Below, piece after piece: positions 1 to 10,700 of a DNA stretch of 64,000 bases. Every line of letters starts with the position of its first letter. Position 1 is the stretch's first letter. The stretch is taken from NCBI GenBank assembly GCA_963749495.1, contig CAVVMW010000023.1:128001-192000 (forward strand), in the 5' to 3' direction. The notes under the pieces are model-generated. The model did no database searches. It saw only the letters and a list, made by a program, of their open reading frames with translations, and was not told where the DNA came from. The DNA is from an uncultured bacterium. GTDB taxonomy: Bacteria > Verrucomicrobiota > Verrucomicrobiia > Limisphaerales > UBA8199. Made by a program: the position numbers and the translations under genes.

Positions 1-1893
1 ACTTGCAGCCTGGCCGGCAACCTCGGTTTGGCCCCCATCCACCAGCGCGGCACCCCCGAGCAGCGCGCCCGTTACATGAGCCTGGCGGCGCCCTTGAAGC
101 CCGGCGAGGACCGCAGACAGGTCCGCGCCGCCTTCGCCCTGACCGAGCCGCTTCCCTTTGTGGGCGTCGAAACCGGGTTGCTCAGCGGCAAAGTCCGCAT
201 CGCCCGATGGGCTGAGGGGCAGGAACCCCTCCTCCAGGTCGAGAAGCGCGGCCGCTTTATCACCAACATGGCCTTTGCCAACGTGGTCACCGCAGCCGTC
301 AACTCCGACGACCCGCGCATCAAGGGCTCCTGCATGGTCATCCTCGAGGAAACCGACCCCGGCACCTTCGATCGCGGCGTGCCCACGCGAAAGCTCGTAC
401 ACCAGCTCAGCTCCACTCGCGACCCCGTCCTCAGCCTCCAGGTCCCTGCCAGCCGCATTATCGGCGGTTACACTCTCAAGGAAGGGGTCCTGGTCCCCAA
501 CTATTCTCACTCCGAGATCATCGAGGCAGTCTTCCGCCGCACCCGCGTCACCGTGGGCCTGATGACCGCCGCCAAGCTCCTCTCGGCCGTCGCCCCGCTC
601 CTCATGTACCAGCGGCGCCGCTTCCGGGGCGGCGAAGGCGCCCCGGGCACCCCGCGTTACGAATTGGGTCTCCAGCAAAAGCAAGACGCCCTGCACCGCG
701 TTATTGATGTATGGGCCACCGGCGAGGCCGGCGCCGCCCTGGGCTTTGCCGCAGCCCGGCTCTTCGATGAGCTGGAGCCGTTGGAGAAACAGAGGGACCA
801 GTTCCTGGCCGCGCACAATCTCACGGGCCGGGCGGCCTTCAAGGCGCTGGCCAAGGCCCAACAGGACGCGATAGAGGCCCTGCGACTGGCCCAACAACCT
901 CCGGAGCAGCGCGGCGCCTCGCGGCTCGACGCCCTGAGTGCCGACCCGCTGGTCCGCTTTGCGCTGCTGGACGCCCAGGCCAATGTGCTCTGCCCCGCCT
1001 GCAAGCTCTGGAACACCGGCCACGGGGCCAACATGATGCGCGAGGCCGTCAGCCTCATGGGCGGTTACGGGGTCACGGAGGATTGCCCGGGGTTCCTGGG
1101 CCAGAAATGGATGGATGCGCAGTTGGAAGCCACTTACGAGGGGCCGGAGGCGGTGCAGCGCCTGCAACTCTCCCTCACCATGGCCAACGAATTGTTCCTC
1201 GCTCAACTCGAGCAATGGCGCCAGGACCTGCGCCGCCTCTCAGCCCGCCGCCCCGGCACCGGCGCCTGCTCCCTGGCCACCGCCATCCGACTCTGGCAGT
1301 GGACCCTCGGCTTCGTCCAGAGCGCCACCGACGCCCAAGGCGCCCGGCTCTATCACAAGACCCGCCAGGGCGTGACCTTCCCGCTGGCCGACGCCCTGTG
1401 CTGGCTCCTGGCCGCCCGGCAGTTCATCCTGGATGTGGTGGAACTGGAGGACAAGGGCATGGCCAACCCCGCCCTGGCGGAGGGCCTGCCCGGTTACTTG
1501 AGCTTCTTCACCGACCTCTGCCATGTCCAGTGCGCCCGCGCCGCCGGGGAAGTGGGCCGGATCTGTGCCGAACTGGTTTATGGGTTCAACCCTCACCCGG
1601 CCTGGGACGAGGCCAGCCGCCGGGCCTGCTATTGCGCCGAGGAACTCCAATCGCTGGAGGGCATCATCCCCGGCATCGAGAGCGCCGCCCGCGCCTGCGG
1701 CGACGTGGCCGAGGCCGGCCAGGCGCAGCCGGCCAAGGCCGGCCCTTGCGTCCAGTTTGCCGGCCTCGAGGCCTTCGCGCGCCTGCGCATGAGGCTCGAC
1801 GGCTGCCTCACCGGCGCCCGCCTGGCCAAAGACCGGGCGGCGAACTCGCTCACCAAGGTGATGATCCCGGAGGCGCTGGATTACCCGGTGTGA
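1..1893 (+). CDS. Acyl-CoA dehydrogenase family protein (5' end lies outside the window)
   Basis: Frame is open from base 1. Motifs AFALTEP, KRGRFITN, GGYGVTEDCPG and EATYEGPEAVQ are typical of acyl-CoA dehydrogenases. Confidence 0.85.
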   Translation, partial: TCSLAGNLGLAPIHQRGTPEQRARYMSLAAPLKPGEDRRQVRAAFALTEPLPFVGVETGLLSGKVRIARWAEGQEPLLQVEKRGRFITNMAFANVVTAAVNSDDPRIKGSCMVILEETDPGTFDRGVPTRKLVHQLSSTRDPVLSLQVPASRIIGGYTLKEGVLVPNYSHSEIIEAVFRRTRVTVGLMTAAKLLSAVAPLLMYQRRRFRGGEGAPGTPRYELGLQQKQDALHRVIDVWATGEAGAALGFAAARLFDELEPLEKQRDQFLAAHNLTGRAAFKALAKAQQDAIEALRLAQQPPEQRGASRLDALSADPLVRFALLDAQANVLCPACKLWNTGHGANMMREAVSLMGGYGVTEDCPGFLGQKWMDAQLEATYEGPEAVQRLQLSLTMANELFLAQLEQWRQDLRRLSARRPGTGACSLATAIRLWQWTLGFVQSATDAQGARLYHKTRQGVTFPLADALCWLLAARQFILDVVELEDKGMANPALAEGLPGYLSFFTDLCHVQCARAAGEVGRICAELVYGFNPHPAWDEASRRACYCAEELQSLEGIIPGIESAARACGDVAEAGQAQPAKAGPCVQFAGLEAFARLRMRLDGCLTGARLAKDRAANSLTKVMIPEALDYPV

Positions 1894-1963
1894 AGACGCG
1901 GCACGGGCGAGCTCCGGGACTACGCCGGCTGCATGTGGTTTAGCGCACGCAAGGCATTTTACG

Positions 1964-2197
1964 ATGTACTTTGAAATCATCGATGAGATTGGTGAAATTG
2001 AGACAATCGCGGCCGGCCGCGGTATCCGCGACATCGCCCGCCTGAATCGGCGTTACGGCGAAGGCCGCTGGCGAAAACTGAAAGGCGTCGCGAGAGTTCG
2101 CCTACCGAGAGGCGAGATTCTCCGGGCGGAGGTCCATTGGTACGAAGCACACGGGATCGGCAAGAGGGACTTCAAGATCAAGCGATTCCTGGATTGA
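1964..2197 (+). CDS. Small basic hypothetical protein (77 aa), candidate toxin
   Basis: Clean ORF with W-R-K-x-K-G and [12 protein letters not shown] motifs; more AT-rich than flanking genes; 5 bp from the next ORF. Confidence 0.7.
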   Translation: MYFEIIDEIGEIETIAAGRGIRDIARLNRRYGEGRWRKLKGVARVRLPRGEILRAEVHWYEAHGIGKRDFKIKRFLD

Positions 2198-2202
2198 GCG
2201 TT

Positions 2203-2430
2203 ATGAGAAAGAACAGTACACAACAACGGTATGTGATCTGCGTTAGCAATCGAGGCTGTGAGGACATCGAGGTGCGCAAAATCTACCAAGTCGTTCCGGA
2301 TGCGAAGGCCACGGAGTCGGGTCATTTGAGGGTTATTGACGACTCGGGCGAGGACTATCTTTATCCGCAAGCAAACTTCGTTGAAATTGCCCTGCCCAAG
2401 CAGGCGGAAGAGGCCCTGGCGCTCCGCTAA
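2203..2430 (+). CDS. Small hypothetical protein (75 aa), candidate antitoxin/immunity protein
   Basis: ATG at 2203 inside track ORF 2137..2430; motif KIYQV...[14 protein letters not shown]; operon-like with 1964..2197. Confidence 0.7.
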   Translation: MRKNSTQQRYVICVSNRGCEDIEVRKIYQVVPDAKATESGHLRVIDDSGEDYLYPQANFVEIALPKQAEEALALR

Positions 2431-2455
2431 CCGGCATGGAATCGCCTGAAGCGAA

Positions 2456-2486
2456 GGGGTCACATCTCAACAATTAATGTGACCCC
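2456..2486. repeat. GGGGTCACATCTCAACA-family palindromic repeat (short hairpin copy)
   Basis: GGGGTCACAT...ATGTGACCCC inverted repeat; related copies at 13214-13242 and 35586-35669. Confidence 0.75.
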
Positions 2487-2554
2487 ACTTTCCTCCCTTT
2501 TGGGCTGGCCAAGGGGCGGGAACGGATTAAAGATGAGGCGAACAAGATGTTTTT

Positions 2555-3487
2555 ATGACACGTTGCCTGAGTGCTATCGCGCCCGATTGGTGGGATTACA
2601 CAACGCTGCCGCAGGAATTGATCGAAGCGGCGGCCCGGATTACGGCTCGAGACCTGGAGAGGCTCTCGCGCCCGGGTTTCAAGGTCGTGCTTTATGACAC
2701 GCTGGAGGAGTTTTATTTGGCGGAGGCGCTGGAGTACGTGGGGGCTTGGCGCCAGAGCACGGAGGACAACCCGGTGGGGATCTGCGGGCCCATCGGGCCG
2801 ACCGAGCAGCTCCCGCTAGTGGCGCGAATCGTCAATGCCCTGGGGCTGGATGCGCGGTCGGGCCATTTCTGGGGCATGGACGAATGGTGCATCGAGGGCA
2901 AAGAGGCGCCGCTGGGGCACCCGCTGAGCTTCGAGCGGTGCGACCGCGAACTCTGCTTCAATCGCATCGACAAGAAACTCCGCCCCGCCGAGGCGCACCT
3001 GCACTTTCCCAAGGCGGACACGGCGCCCTACCGGGCGACTTGGGAGGCAGGGGTGCGGTGCGCGGTCATGCAGGGAGGCCAGGGGGATGTCAAGCATTGG
3101 GCCTTCAACGACCCGCCGGAGCGCAAGGGGCCGCACAAGGACAACCCGCCTGCGCCCGCCGAATACCGGCGCCTGGCCACGCGGGTGGTGCGGCTGCACC
3201 CGCTGACCGTCGCCCAGAACGCCCGGACCAGCGGCGGGGGCAACATCTCCATGGTGCCCACCCACGCCATCAGCGTCGGGCCCCTCGAAACCTGGAAGGC
3301 GGAAACAGTCTCGATCTGGCACGCAGGCAACCACGACAACCCGTTCGGGCAGCGCCTGACGGCTTACATGATCTCCAAGCGGATTGTGGACACGGCCGTG
3401 CCGATGTCGCTCTTGGCCGAACACCCCAACGTACGGTTCAACTACTACCGCGGCGGCGTGGGAAGTTGCGAGGTGGTGATGCACTGA
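2555..3487 (+). CDS. Glucosamine-6-phosphate isomerase/deaminase (NagB-like) family protein
   Basis: [18 protein letters not shown]...[28 protein letters not shown] and [12 protein letters not shown] motifs fit the NagB/6PGL fold. Confidence 0.75.
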   Translation: MTRCLSAIAPDWWDYTTLPQELIEAAARITARDLERLSRPGFKVVLYDTLEEFYLAEALEYVGAWRQSTEDNPVGICGPIGPTEQLPLVARIVNALGLDARSGHFWGMDEWCIEGKEAPLGHPLSFERCDRELCFNRIDKKLRPAEAHLHFPKADTAPYRATWEAGVRCAVMQGGQGDVKHWAFNDPPERKGPHKDNPPAPAEYRRLATRVVRLHPLTVAQNARTSGGGNISMVPTHAISVGPLETWKAETVSIWHAGNHDNPFGQRLTAYMISKRIVDTAVPMSLLAEHPNVRFNYYRGGVGSCEVVMH

Positions 3488-3670
3488 GGAATGACGAATG
3501 ACGAATGACGAATGACGAATGACGAATGGCACGGAAAGAAAGCCCCCCACCTCTGGTTTTCCGTGTGTTCCGTGTATTCCGTGGTTTCCTCCTCTCGCGC
3601 CTTATTTCGCGAATCCCCGTATTTTCAACCAGTAGGCGCAGTCGGCGGTCCAGGGGTGGCGGTGGGCGGG
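3040..3670 (+). repeat. Left copy of ~630-bp direct repeat flanking the RM cassette
   Basis: Near-identical to 5907..6530; covers the 3' half of the nagB-like gene, the intergenic region and the 3' end of the convergent esterase gene. Confidence 0.95.
3489..3530 (+). repeat. Heptamer tandem repeat (GAATGAC)x5 plus one degenerate unit
   Basis: Read directly; the duplicated copy at 6356-6390 has one unit fewer. Confidence 0.9.
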
Positions 3671-3760
3671 CTCCGACTGGCTGTTACGGCTTTACGTCAT
3701 GGCCTGATTCTGAGATAAACACGCCATGCCGATTCGGGACAGGATTCTCCTGGGAACAAA

Positions 3761-4951
3761 ATGAAAGCTCTCGACCGGCAAAAACTGGATGTCGTCACCA
3801 AAACGCGGAGCAATATTTTTGGCTGGCGCGGACAGTTCACGCCCGAGTTCGTCGAGTATCTGTTGGACGAGGCGAACGACGGCAACGGATTGGTGGTCGA
3901 CCCGTTCTGCGGCAGCGGCACAGTGCTTCAGGAGTGCGCCACAAGGAATCGCGCGGCTCACGGTTTTGAAATCAATCCCGCCGCTTACGCCATGTCGCGG
4001 TTTTTTACGCTGTCCAAATTGTCACGCGACGAACGCATAGCGTTGGCGAATCGCGTCGAACAGATTTTCCGGGCCAGGACCTCCGATTTCGCAGACTTGC
4101 CGCTGTTCAATCCCGTCGAGGATTATCGTGGTCGTGCTTCCAACCTTTTGGATTTAGGCCGGGAGATTTTTGCGCAGGCCAAAAGCAAGGGGGAGACACT
4201 ACTGGCGGTGCTCACGCTGTTCGAGGCGGAGGGTTGTCGTCTGCCGAGTCTGAATCAAGCCGTTTTTACCGCGCTTGCCCGACTGCAGCGGCATCTGCTT
4301 GCGCTTCCGAATTCCCCGGTGCCAATTGAAGCCTCGCTGTGCGACGCCAGGCTCGTGCATCGTTACGTCTGCGGCGACGCGGAACTCATCGTCACGAGTC
4401 CGCCCTACATCAATGTCTTCAACTATCACCAGAATTATCGGGCCATTCTGGAACTGCTCGGCTTCGATTTGCTCCACGTCGCGGCCAGCGAGATTGGCTC
4501 GAACCGCAAGAATCGCGGCAATCGTTTTCGGACGGTGATTCAGTATGCGCTCGACATGGAGGCGTGCGTGGAGAGCTTTGCCCTGAGCCTGAAGTCGCGC
4601 GGCCAACTCGTGCTGGTCGTGGGGCGCGAATCGAACGTGCGCGGCATTTCGATTCCTAACTCGCGGCTGGTCGCCAAAATCGTGAGGAGCGTCGGCGGTT
4701 TCAATCAGGAGGGCAGTTTTGAACGTCGTTTTACGAACCGTTTTGGCGCGTCCATCTACGAAGATGTGTTGTCGTACCGCCGGGTCAACGGGCAACCTGC
4801 ACCTGGAGCGGCACGCGGTATCGCCCGCACGCTGTTGGAAGAATTGGAACCTACGGCGAGCGGAGAAATACGAGCCGATGTTCGCGACGCCATCGCTTGC
4901 TCGGACGCAATCGAATTGTCGCCGGTGTTCACTCGGAATCCGCAACTCTGA
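3761..4951 (+). CDS. Amino (N4-cytosine/N6-adenine) DNA methyltransferase of a type II RM system
   Basis: SAM-binding motif I (VVDPFCGSGT) precedes catalytic motif IV (VTSPPY); SPPY is typical of m4C enzymes. Confidence 0.9.
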   Translation: MKALDRQKLDVVTKTRSNIFGWRGQFTPEFVEYLLDEANDGNGLVVDPFCGSGTVLQECATRNRAAHGFEINPAAYAMSRFFTLSKLSRDERIALANRVEQIFRARTSDFADLPLFNPVEDYRGRASNLLDLGREIFAQAKSKGETLLAVLTLFEAEGCRLPSLNQAVFTALARLQRHLLALPNSPVPIEASLCDARLVHRYVCGDAELIVTSPPYINVFNYHQNYRAILELLGFDLLHVAASEIGSNRKNRGNRFRTVIQYALDMEACVESFALSLKSRGQLVLVVGRESNVRGISIPNSRLVAKIVRSVGGFNQEGSFERRFTNRFGASIYEDVLSYRRVNGQPAPGAARGIARTLLEELEPTASGEIRADVRDAIACSDAIELSPVFTRNPQL

Positions 4952-4952
4952 T

Positions 4953-5846
4953 ATGCCCGACACTCCACATCTCGATAAACTCGAAGCCGCCTGTCGCAAT
5001 ACGAAGTGCGAAGACGGCGACCTGCGGCTGCTCGAAGAAGCCAAGGAACGATACCGCGTGTGGAAAGCGTCGTTGCAGGCGCTCACGGCAACAGGGAAGC
5101 CGCGGGTTATCCAGATGACTCGGTTGCTGAACGAATACAAAGATTTTCTCGAAGTGGACGTGATTGCTCGGCGCGCTTCCGCCTTCATGAAGCGGCAAAA
5201 GGGGCAGTTGAAACTCGACAACTCCGTGCTGGAGGAATTCCTCATTGAACTCGTTCATCCGAAAGTCCTCAGCGGACTTCCCGACTTCCCGCTAAACATC
5301 GGTCCAAACACGGCTTTCATGTCGCTGTCGTTTGCTCCGGCTGGAATCCGGGCGCTTAACGACACTCCAGAGATTGCGCTCAAGGTCAAGGACCAGGACT
5401 TCATTATCGGCAAGGAAATCCACTACCGCTTTTCACCAGACCCGGCGTTTGCGGCGGAAAAGACTGCGACCGGCTCGCTCTCCCTCGCGGTGCTGGCAGC
5501 GGAGTGCAAAGTGAATCTGGATAAGACCATGTTTCAGGAAGCCGCCGGCACTGCCGCCCGCCTCAAACAAGGCTGCCCCTATTCGCAATACTACATCTTG
5601 AATGAGTTTCTCGACATGGAGGCTGAAGATTGCCGGCTCACCGCGATTGACAACGTTTTCCTGCTGCGGCACGCGAAGCGGTTGCCATTCGAGAAGCGGT
5701 CGGTGCTCGAGGAGGTTCGCGCTCAACACGATAGATTCCCGATTGATTCCGGAGTGGTTTGGGCGTTCACGCGGAAAATTCAAGCGTTCATCAACGCCGC
5801 TTGGTACGATCCAGCCGCAGCCTTGCAGAGAGGTTCGTTTGTTTGA
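4953..5846 (+). CDS. Type II restriction endonuclease, Bpu10I family
   Basis: ATG 1 bp after the MTase stop. Motifs [23 protein letters not shown] and [16 protein letters not shown] match the Bpu10I-like PD-(D/E)xK signature. Confidence 0.85.
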   Translation: MPDTPHLDKLEAACRNTKCEDGDLRLLEEAKERYRVWKASLQALTATGKPRVIQMTRLLNEYKDFLEVDVIARRASAFMKRQKGQLKLDNSVLEEFLIELVHPKVLSGLPDFPLNIGPNTAFMSLSFAPAGIRALNDTPEIALKVKDQDFIIGKEIHYRFSPDPAFAAEKTATGSLSLAVLAAECKVNLDKTMFQEAAGTAARLKQGCPYSQYYILNEFLDMEAEDCRLTAIDNVFLLRHAKRLPFEKRSVLEEVRAQHDRFPIDSGVVWAFTRKIQAFINAAWYDPAAALQRGSFV

Positions 5847-5906
5847 AGACACGTACAGAGAGAAAACAAACATAATTCTTCGCGCTGGCGCCCCCATGAA
5901 AACGCG

Positions 5907-6530
5907 TTGGGGGGCAGGGGTGCGGTGCGCGGTCATGCAGGGAGGCCAGGGGGATGTCAAGCATTGGGCCTTCAACGACCCGCCGGAGCGCAAGGGGCCG
6001 CACAAGGACAACCCGCCTGCGCCCGCCGAATACCGGCGCCTGGCCACGCGGGTGGTGCGGCTGCACCCGCTGACCGTCGCCCAGAACGCCCGGACCAGCG
6101 GCGGGGGCAACATCTCCATGGTGCCCACCCACGCCATCAGCGTCGGGCCCCTCGAAACCTGGAAGGCGGAAACGGTCTCGATCTGGCACGCAGGCAACCA
6201 CGACAACCCGTTCGGGCAGCGCCTGACGGCTTACATGATCTCCAAGCGGATTGTGGACACGGCCGTGCCGATGTCGCTCTTGGCCGAACACCCCAACGTA
6301 CGGTTCAACTACTACCGCGGCGGCGTGGGAAGTTGCGAGGTGGTGATGCACTGAGGAATGCCGAATGACGAATGACGAATGACGGATGGCACGGAAAGAA
6401 AGCCCCCCACCTCTGGTTTTCCGTGTATTCCGTGTATTCCGTGGTTTCCTCCTCTCGCGCCTTATTTCGCGAATCCCCGTACTTTCAACCAGTAGGCGCA
6501 GTCGGCGGTCCAGGGGTGGCGGTGGGCGGG
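5907..6530 (+). repeat. Right copy of ~630-bp direct repeat (includes 5'-truncated nagB-like copy ending at 6354)
   Basis: Matches 3040..3670 at offset 2867, then 2860 after the heptamer indel. Confidence 0.95.
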
Positions 6531-7346
6531 GTCCCATTGGGCGGAGCCCAGGCCCAGGCCGTGGCCGCCTTGTTCATAGATGTGCAGGTCGAAGGGGACG
6601 CCGTTCTTGCGGAGGGCCTCGGCGAATTGGAGGCTGTTCTCGACCGGCACGGCCTTGTCCTGGAAGGTGTGCCAGATGAAACAGGGGGGGGTCTTTTTGG
6701 TGACCTGGAGTTCATTGGACAAATCGCGGACGAGGTCCTCCGAGGGATTGGGGCCCAGGAGGTTGTACTGCGTGCCTTTGTGGGTGAATTGGCCCATGGT
6801 GATCACGGCGTAACAGAGGATGCCCAGGTCGGGCCGGGAACTCTGCCGCTCGACCAGGTTGGCGGCGTCGGGTTTGCCCGAGTCGAAATGGGTCAGGAGC
6901 GTCGAGGCGAGGTGGCCGCCGGCGGACGAGCCCATGATGCCGACATGCGCCGGGTCCAGCTTCCATTCGCGGGCGCGGGCGCGGACCATGCGCACGGCGC
7001 GGGCGGCGTCGTGGAGCATCGCGGGGTGATGATAGCCGCCGGGGCCGAGCCGGTATGTGAGGACGAACCCGGCGATGCCCATCTCATTGAGCCACCGGGC
7101 ATAGTGATCGCCCTCGTGGACGGCCAGGCCGCCGTAACCACCGCCGGGGCAAATGACGATGGCCGCGCCGGTGGCGTTGGCCGGCTCGGCCAGGTAAGGC
7201 GTCAAGGTGGGAATGTCCTTGGGCTCCTTGCCCAGGGCATCGGGCGCGCCCTCGGGCCAGAGCGGGACGGCGTTGGAGGATTGGGATTGAGCGGGCGCCA
7301 AGGCCAGGCCTCCCAGCAAAATGAACAGAACCAGAACAGTTTTCAT
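6462..7346 (-). CDS. Secreted alpha/beta hydrolase (carbohydrate esterase, BD-FAE-like)
   Basis: Signal peptide MKTVLVLFILL; CPGGGY oxyanion motif, GSSAGG nucleophile elbow, D..VP and GGHGLG. Confidence 0.88.
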   Translation of the reverse strand: MKTVLVLFILLGGLALAPAQSQSSNAVPLWPEGAPDALGKEPKDIPTLTPYLAEPANATGAAIVICPGGGYGGLAVHEGDHYARWLNEMGIAGFVLTYRLGPGGYHHPAMLHDAARAVRMVRARAREWKLDPAHVGIMGSSAGGHLASTLLTHFDSGKPDAANLVERQSSRPDLGILCYAVITMGQFTHKGTQYNLLGPNPSEDLVRDLSNELQVTKKTPPCFIWHTFQDKAVPVENSLQFAEALRKNGVPFDLHIYEQGGHGLGLGSAQWDPAHRHPWTADCAYWLKVRGFAK

Positions 7347-7464
7347 TGGCTCAGGAGCATACGGAAGGGGACACGGCTGGCGATGAAAAACGGGGATGGC
7401 AAGGTGGGATGCGGGGATGAAGGCAGAATCATTGTTGGCAAAATCATGAGGAGCAGAGGCCCCA

Positions 7465-7548
7465 GACCTTTGTCGCAACCTTTGTCGCCGCCTTTGTCGA
7501 GGCATGGCCAACCAGACAAAGGTTGCGACAAAGGTCGCGACAAAGGTC
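7465..7548. repeat. CCTTTGTCG/CGACAAAGG 12-mer-unit palindromic dispersed repeat, copy 1
   Basis: Three CCTTTGTCG units, a GAGGCATGGCCAACC core and three inverted units; other copies at 20241, 24296, 36874 and 41803. Confidence 0.9.
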
Positions 7549-7723
7549 CGGACTCCCGGCGCTCAAAGAAACCGGTCGCGCACTTGCCGCGTTGCCGCGG
7601 ACTGCGGGCGATTTTGCCTTGACTCAAATCCGCAGGCCTGTTCTCATGCAAGCACAGTCTGAGAATCGTTGGAAAACCGAATCGTCCGTGCCGCTTCAGT
7701 TTTGAGCCTTATTCCTCGCAGCT

Positions 7724-10700
7724 ATGAATTCTTCACCACTGTCTTTGGCAGGTCGCGCCGTGGCGCGACTCCTCCTTCGGAACTTGATGACGCCGGCGCT
7801 GGCAGGGCTGCTGCTGCCGGTGACGGGCCTGGCAGGCACGTGGATCTGGTGGGAAGGGGAAAAGCCAAGCTCTTCCAACTTCCCCGCCACCACCTGGCTG
7901 TCGCCCTCCAGCCAGGCTGAACGGAATTGCTGCTCCGGCGGCAACATCCTCACGGCGGTCAACATCAGGACCAGCGGCCCCTATTGGGCGAATTACACCA
8001 TCAACGTGACGCAAGCCGCCACCTACCGGCTCTACGCGCGCAAGATCTGGGAATACGGGGCGTTCAAGTGGCGGTTCGACAGCGGGGCCTTTCAGTATGC
8101 CGACGACCAGTTGCAGTTGATGGACAACGGCAACTACAAGCAGTATTTCCCGCTGAATTGGGTCTATCTGGGCACCGTTGTGTTGGCCGCCGGACAGCAC
8201 ATCTTCCGTGTGGAGTTGAACGCCGCGGACTGGCCAAACGACCCCTCCTACCAGAGCGGCGGCGCAAACCTCGCCGGCTTCGACGCCTTCCTGCTCGACA
8301 CCGACCCGTTCGTGCCACGCGGCATACTCAAGCCGGGCCAGAACTATAACCTGGCGGAACCGGGCAAGTGGAATTTCGAGCCGCCCATCGACGATTTCAC
8401 TGCACCAGCTCTTCTCGATTTGCGTTCGCTCAACGAGGCAGTAGCCGGCCAATCCGGCTATGTCCGCCAGGCCGCCGATGCGCCGGGCAAGCTTGTCCTG
8501 GGCGATGGGACGCCGGTCCGGTTCTGGGGAGTGTTCGTGGGCAACGAGCAGCTCGACCTCGTCTCCTTGTCCGTGCAGGCGAAGTTCCTGGCCAAACGCG
8601 GCGTGAACCTGGTCCGCATCATGGGCGATCTGTCCGCCTCCAGCCCCACCAACATCAACGCGGTGGACGCCGCGTTCGTCGATAACGCGCGCCGGGCGGT
8701 GGCCGCCTTCAAGCAAGAGGGCATCTACGCGGAAATAGACTTCTTCTACAACCTGGGCTTCACCATCCGCAAGGAGTGGGGCGTGGCCGGATATACGAAC
8801 GACCAATCCTCGCCCACGGTCGTCCTGATGTTCGACGACACCCTCAAGGCGGCATACAAACAATGGGCGACCCAATTGTTCGCCCCGACCAATGCCTACA
8901 CCGGCATTCCGCTGGCCCAGGACCCCGCTGTCGCCATCATCGAAATCCAGAACGAGGACAGCTTCTTCTTTTGGACCTTCAACCCGGACAATTTCCCGGA
9001 GGCCCAGCGGCAGAACTTGGAAGCGAAGTTCGGGGCCTGGCTGATTAAAAACCACGGCAGCATCGCCGCCGCTCAGGTCAACTGGAACCCGTGGTTTACG
9101 CTGCCCGATGACGACCCGGCCAATGGTCGAATGGGGTTGGCCTGGGCCTACTTCATGACTACCCAGACGGATGCAGGGTCATCCTATTACACTGGCCGCA
9201 TGGCCGATGAAATTGCCTTCCTGGCGGACCTCCAGCGCGCCTTCTACCAGGAGATGGGCGATTTTTTCCGCAACACCCTGGGCTGCCGCAGCTTGATCCA
9301 ATCCTGCAACTGGACGACGGCCGACAAACTGTTTCTGCTGGATGTCGAGCGTTACACTTACACGGCCAACAATGTCATTGACAGCCATCGCTACTTCAAT
9401 CCCATCCACGTGTGCCCCAACACGCCGGATACCAGCAGCTACGCCGTGAGTGTGGGAGATTATTACCTAAGCCGGGCCGTCGTTGCCAATCCGCGCCTCC
9501 TCCCCTCGGCCTACAAGCAGGTGGCCGGCTACCCGAACATCGTCTCAGAAAGCACCTGGTATAATCCCAACCGGTTCAAGGCCGAGGGGCCGCTGCTCAT
9601 CGCCGCCTACAATTCGATGGCCGATATCAACGCTTGGATTTGGTTCGCCACATCGTCGCTGGGCTATGAAGAGTCGGTGAGCAAGTTTCCCCTGGCACTG
9701 CCCTCGATCATGGGCCAGTTTCCCGGGGCCGCGTTGCTGTATCGGCGGGGCGATGTCCAGACGCCGGTGGCGGTCCACGAAGCGCGCAACCTCAACAGGG
9801 CCTATCACAAGGAATTCGCGCTGATCTCCGAGTATAACGAGGCCCGCAATCCCCCCGACAACCCGGTCTATGACCCCGCCACGGGGACCGGACGGCTGGA
9901 TCCCCTGGCCATGCTCGCCGGCCGGGTCGAGTGCAGCTTCCTTACGCAGGATGCGTCCAATTACGTGGCCCCGGACCTGCTCAGCCACCTGGACACGACA
10001 AACCAGGTCGTCGAGAGCCTCCCGCCCCCCGGCGCGGCGCGCGGGCAGCTCAAGCTGGATTGGAGCAACGGCATCTTCCAGGTCAACAGCCCTTGCAGCC
10101 AAGGCGTGAGCGGCTTCCTTAACCGCGTGCCGAGCATCAACCTGGACGATGTCACCATCGCCTCGAGCAACGACTTTGGCGCGGTCCTGGTCATCGCCCT
10201 GGACGGCCTGCCGCTGGCCCAATCCCAGAAGATCCTCATCCAGGCCGTGACCGAAGATAATCCTTATGGCTGGCAGGAACAGGACCAGGTCTTCACGAAC
10301 AACAACGTGGTGTATAACGGCAAGAAGATCGTTTCGCTGGGACAGCCGCCCATGAACGTGGTGAACATTGCGGGCGCCGTCACCCTAAAGGGCCTGGGCC
10401 AGGGCCCCGTCCTCCGGGCCAAGGTCCTGGATGAGAACGGTTATGCCCGTGGCGATGCCGCCAGCCAGGTGGTTGGCCCCGACCTGCAGGTGACCCTGCC
10501 GACTAACTCTCTTTACACCGTCCTGCTGGCCCCGCCTGTCATTACCAACCAGCCCCAGAGCCAGGCCGTAATGGAAGGGAGCAATGCCCTCTTCAGCGTG
10601 GGCGCCAGCGGGGCCCAGCCCTTGGCTTGCCAGTGGCAGTTCAACGGCAACCCGCTGCCGGGAATGACCAACACGACGCTGCCGTTGGATGCGCTCCAAC

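Noticed and set aside
5602..6354. 250-aa ORF as a second functional nagB-like gene
   Set aside because: Only the last ~148 codons are the duplicated 3' half; the N-terminal part is an alternative frame of the REase gene.
3040..6530. Duplication as a simple assembly artefact
   Set aside because: The copies differ by several substitutions and a 7-bp indel and enclose a coherent foreign cassette. Disfavoured, but not excluded without reads.
7465..7548. CCTTTGTCG arrays or heptamer arrays as CRISPR
   Set aside because: Units are 7-12 bp, contiguous and inverted, with no unique spacers and no cas genes.
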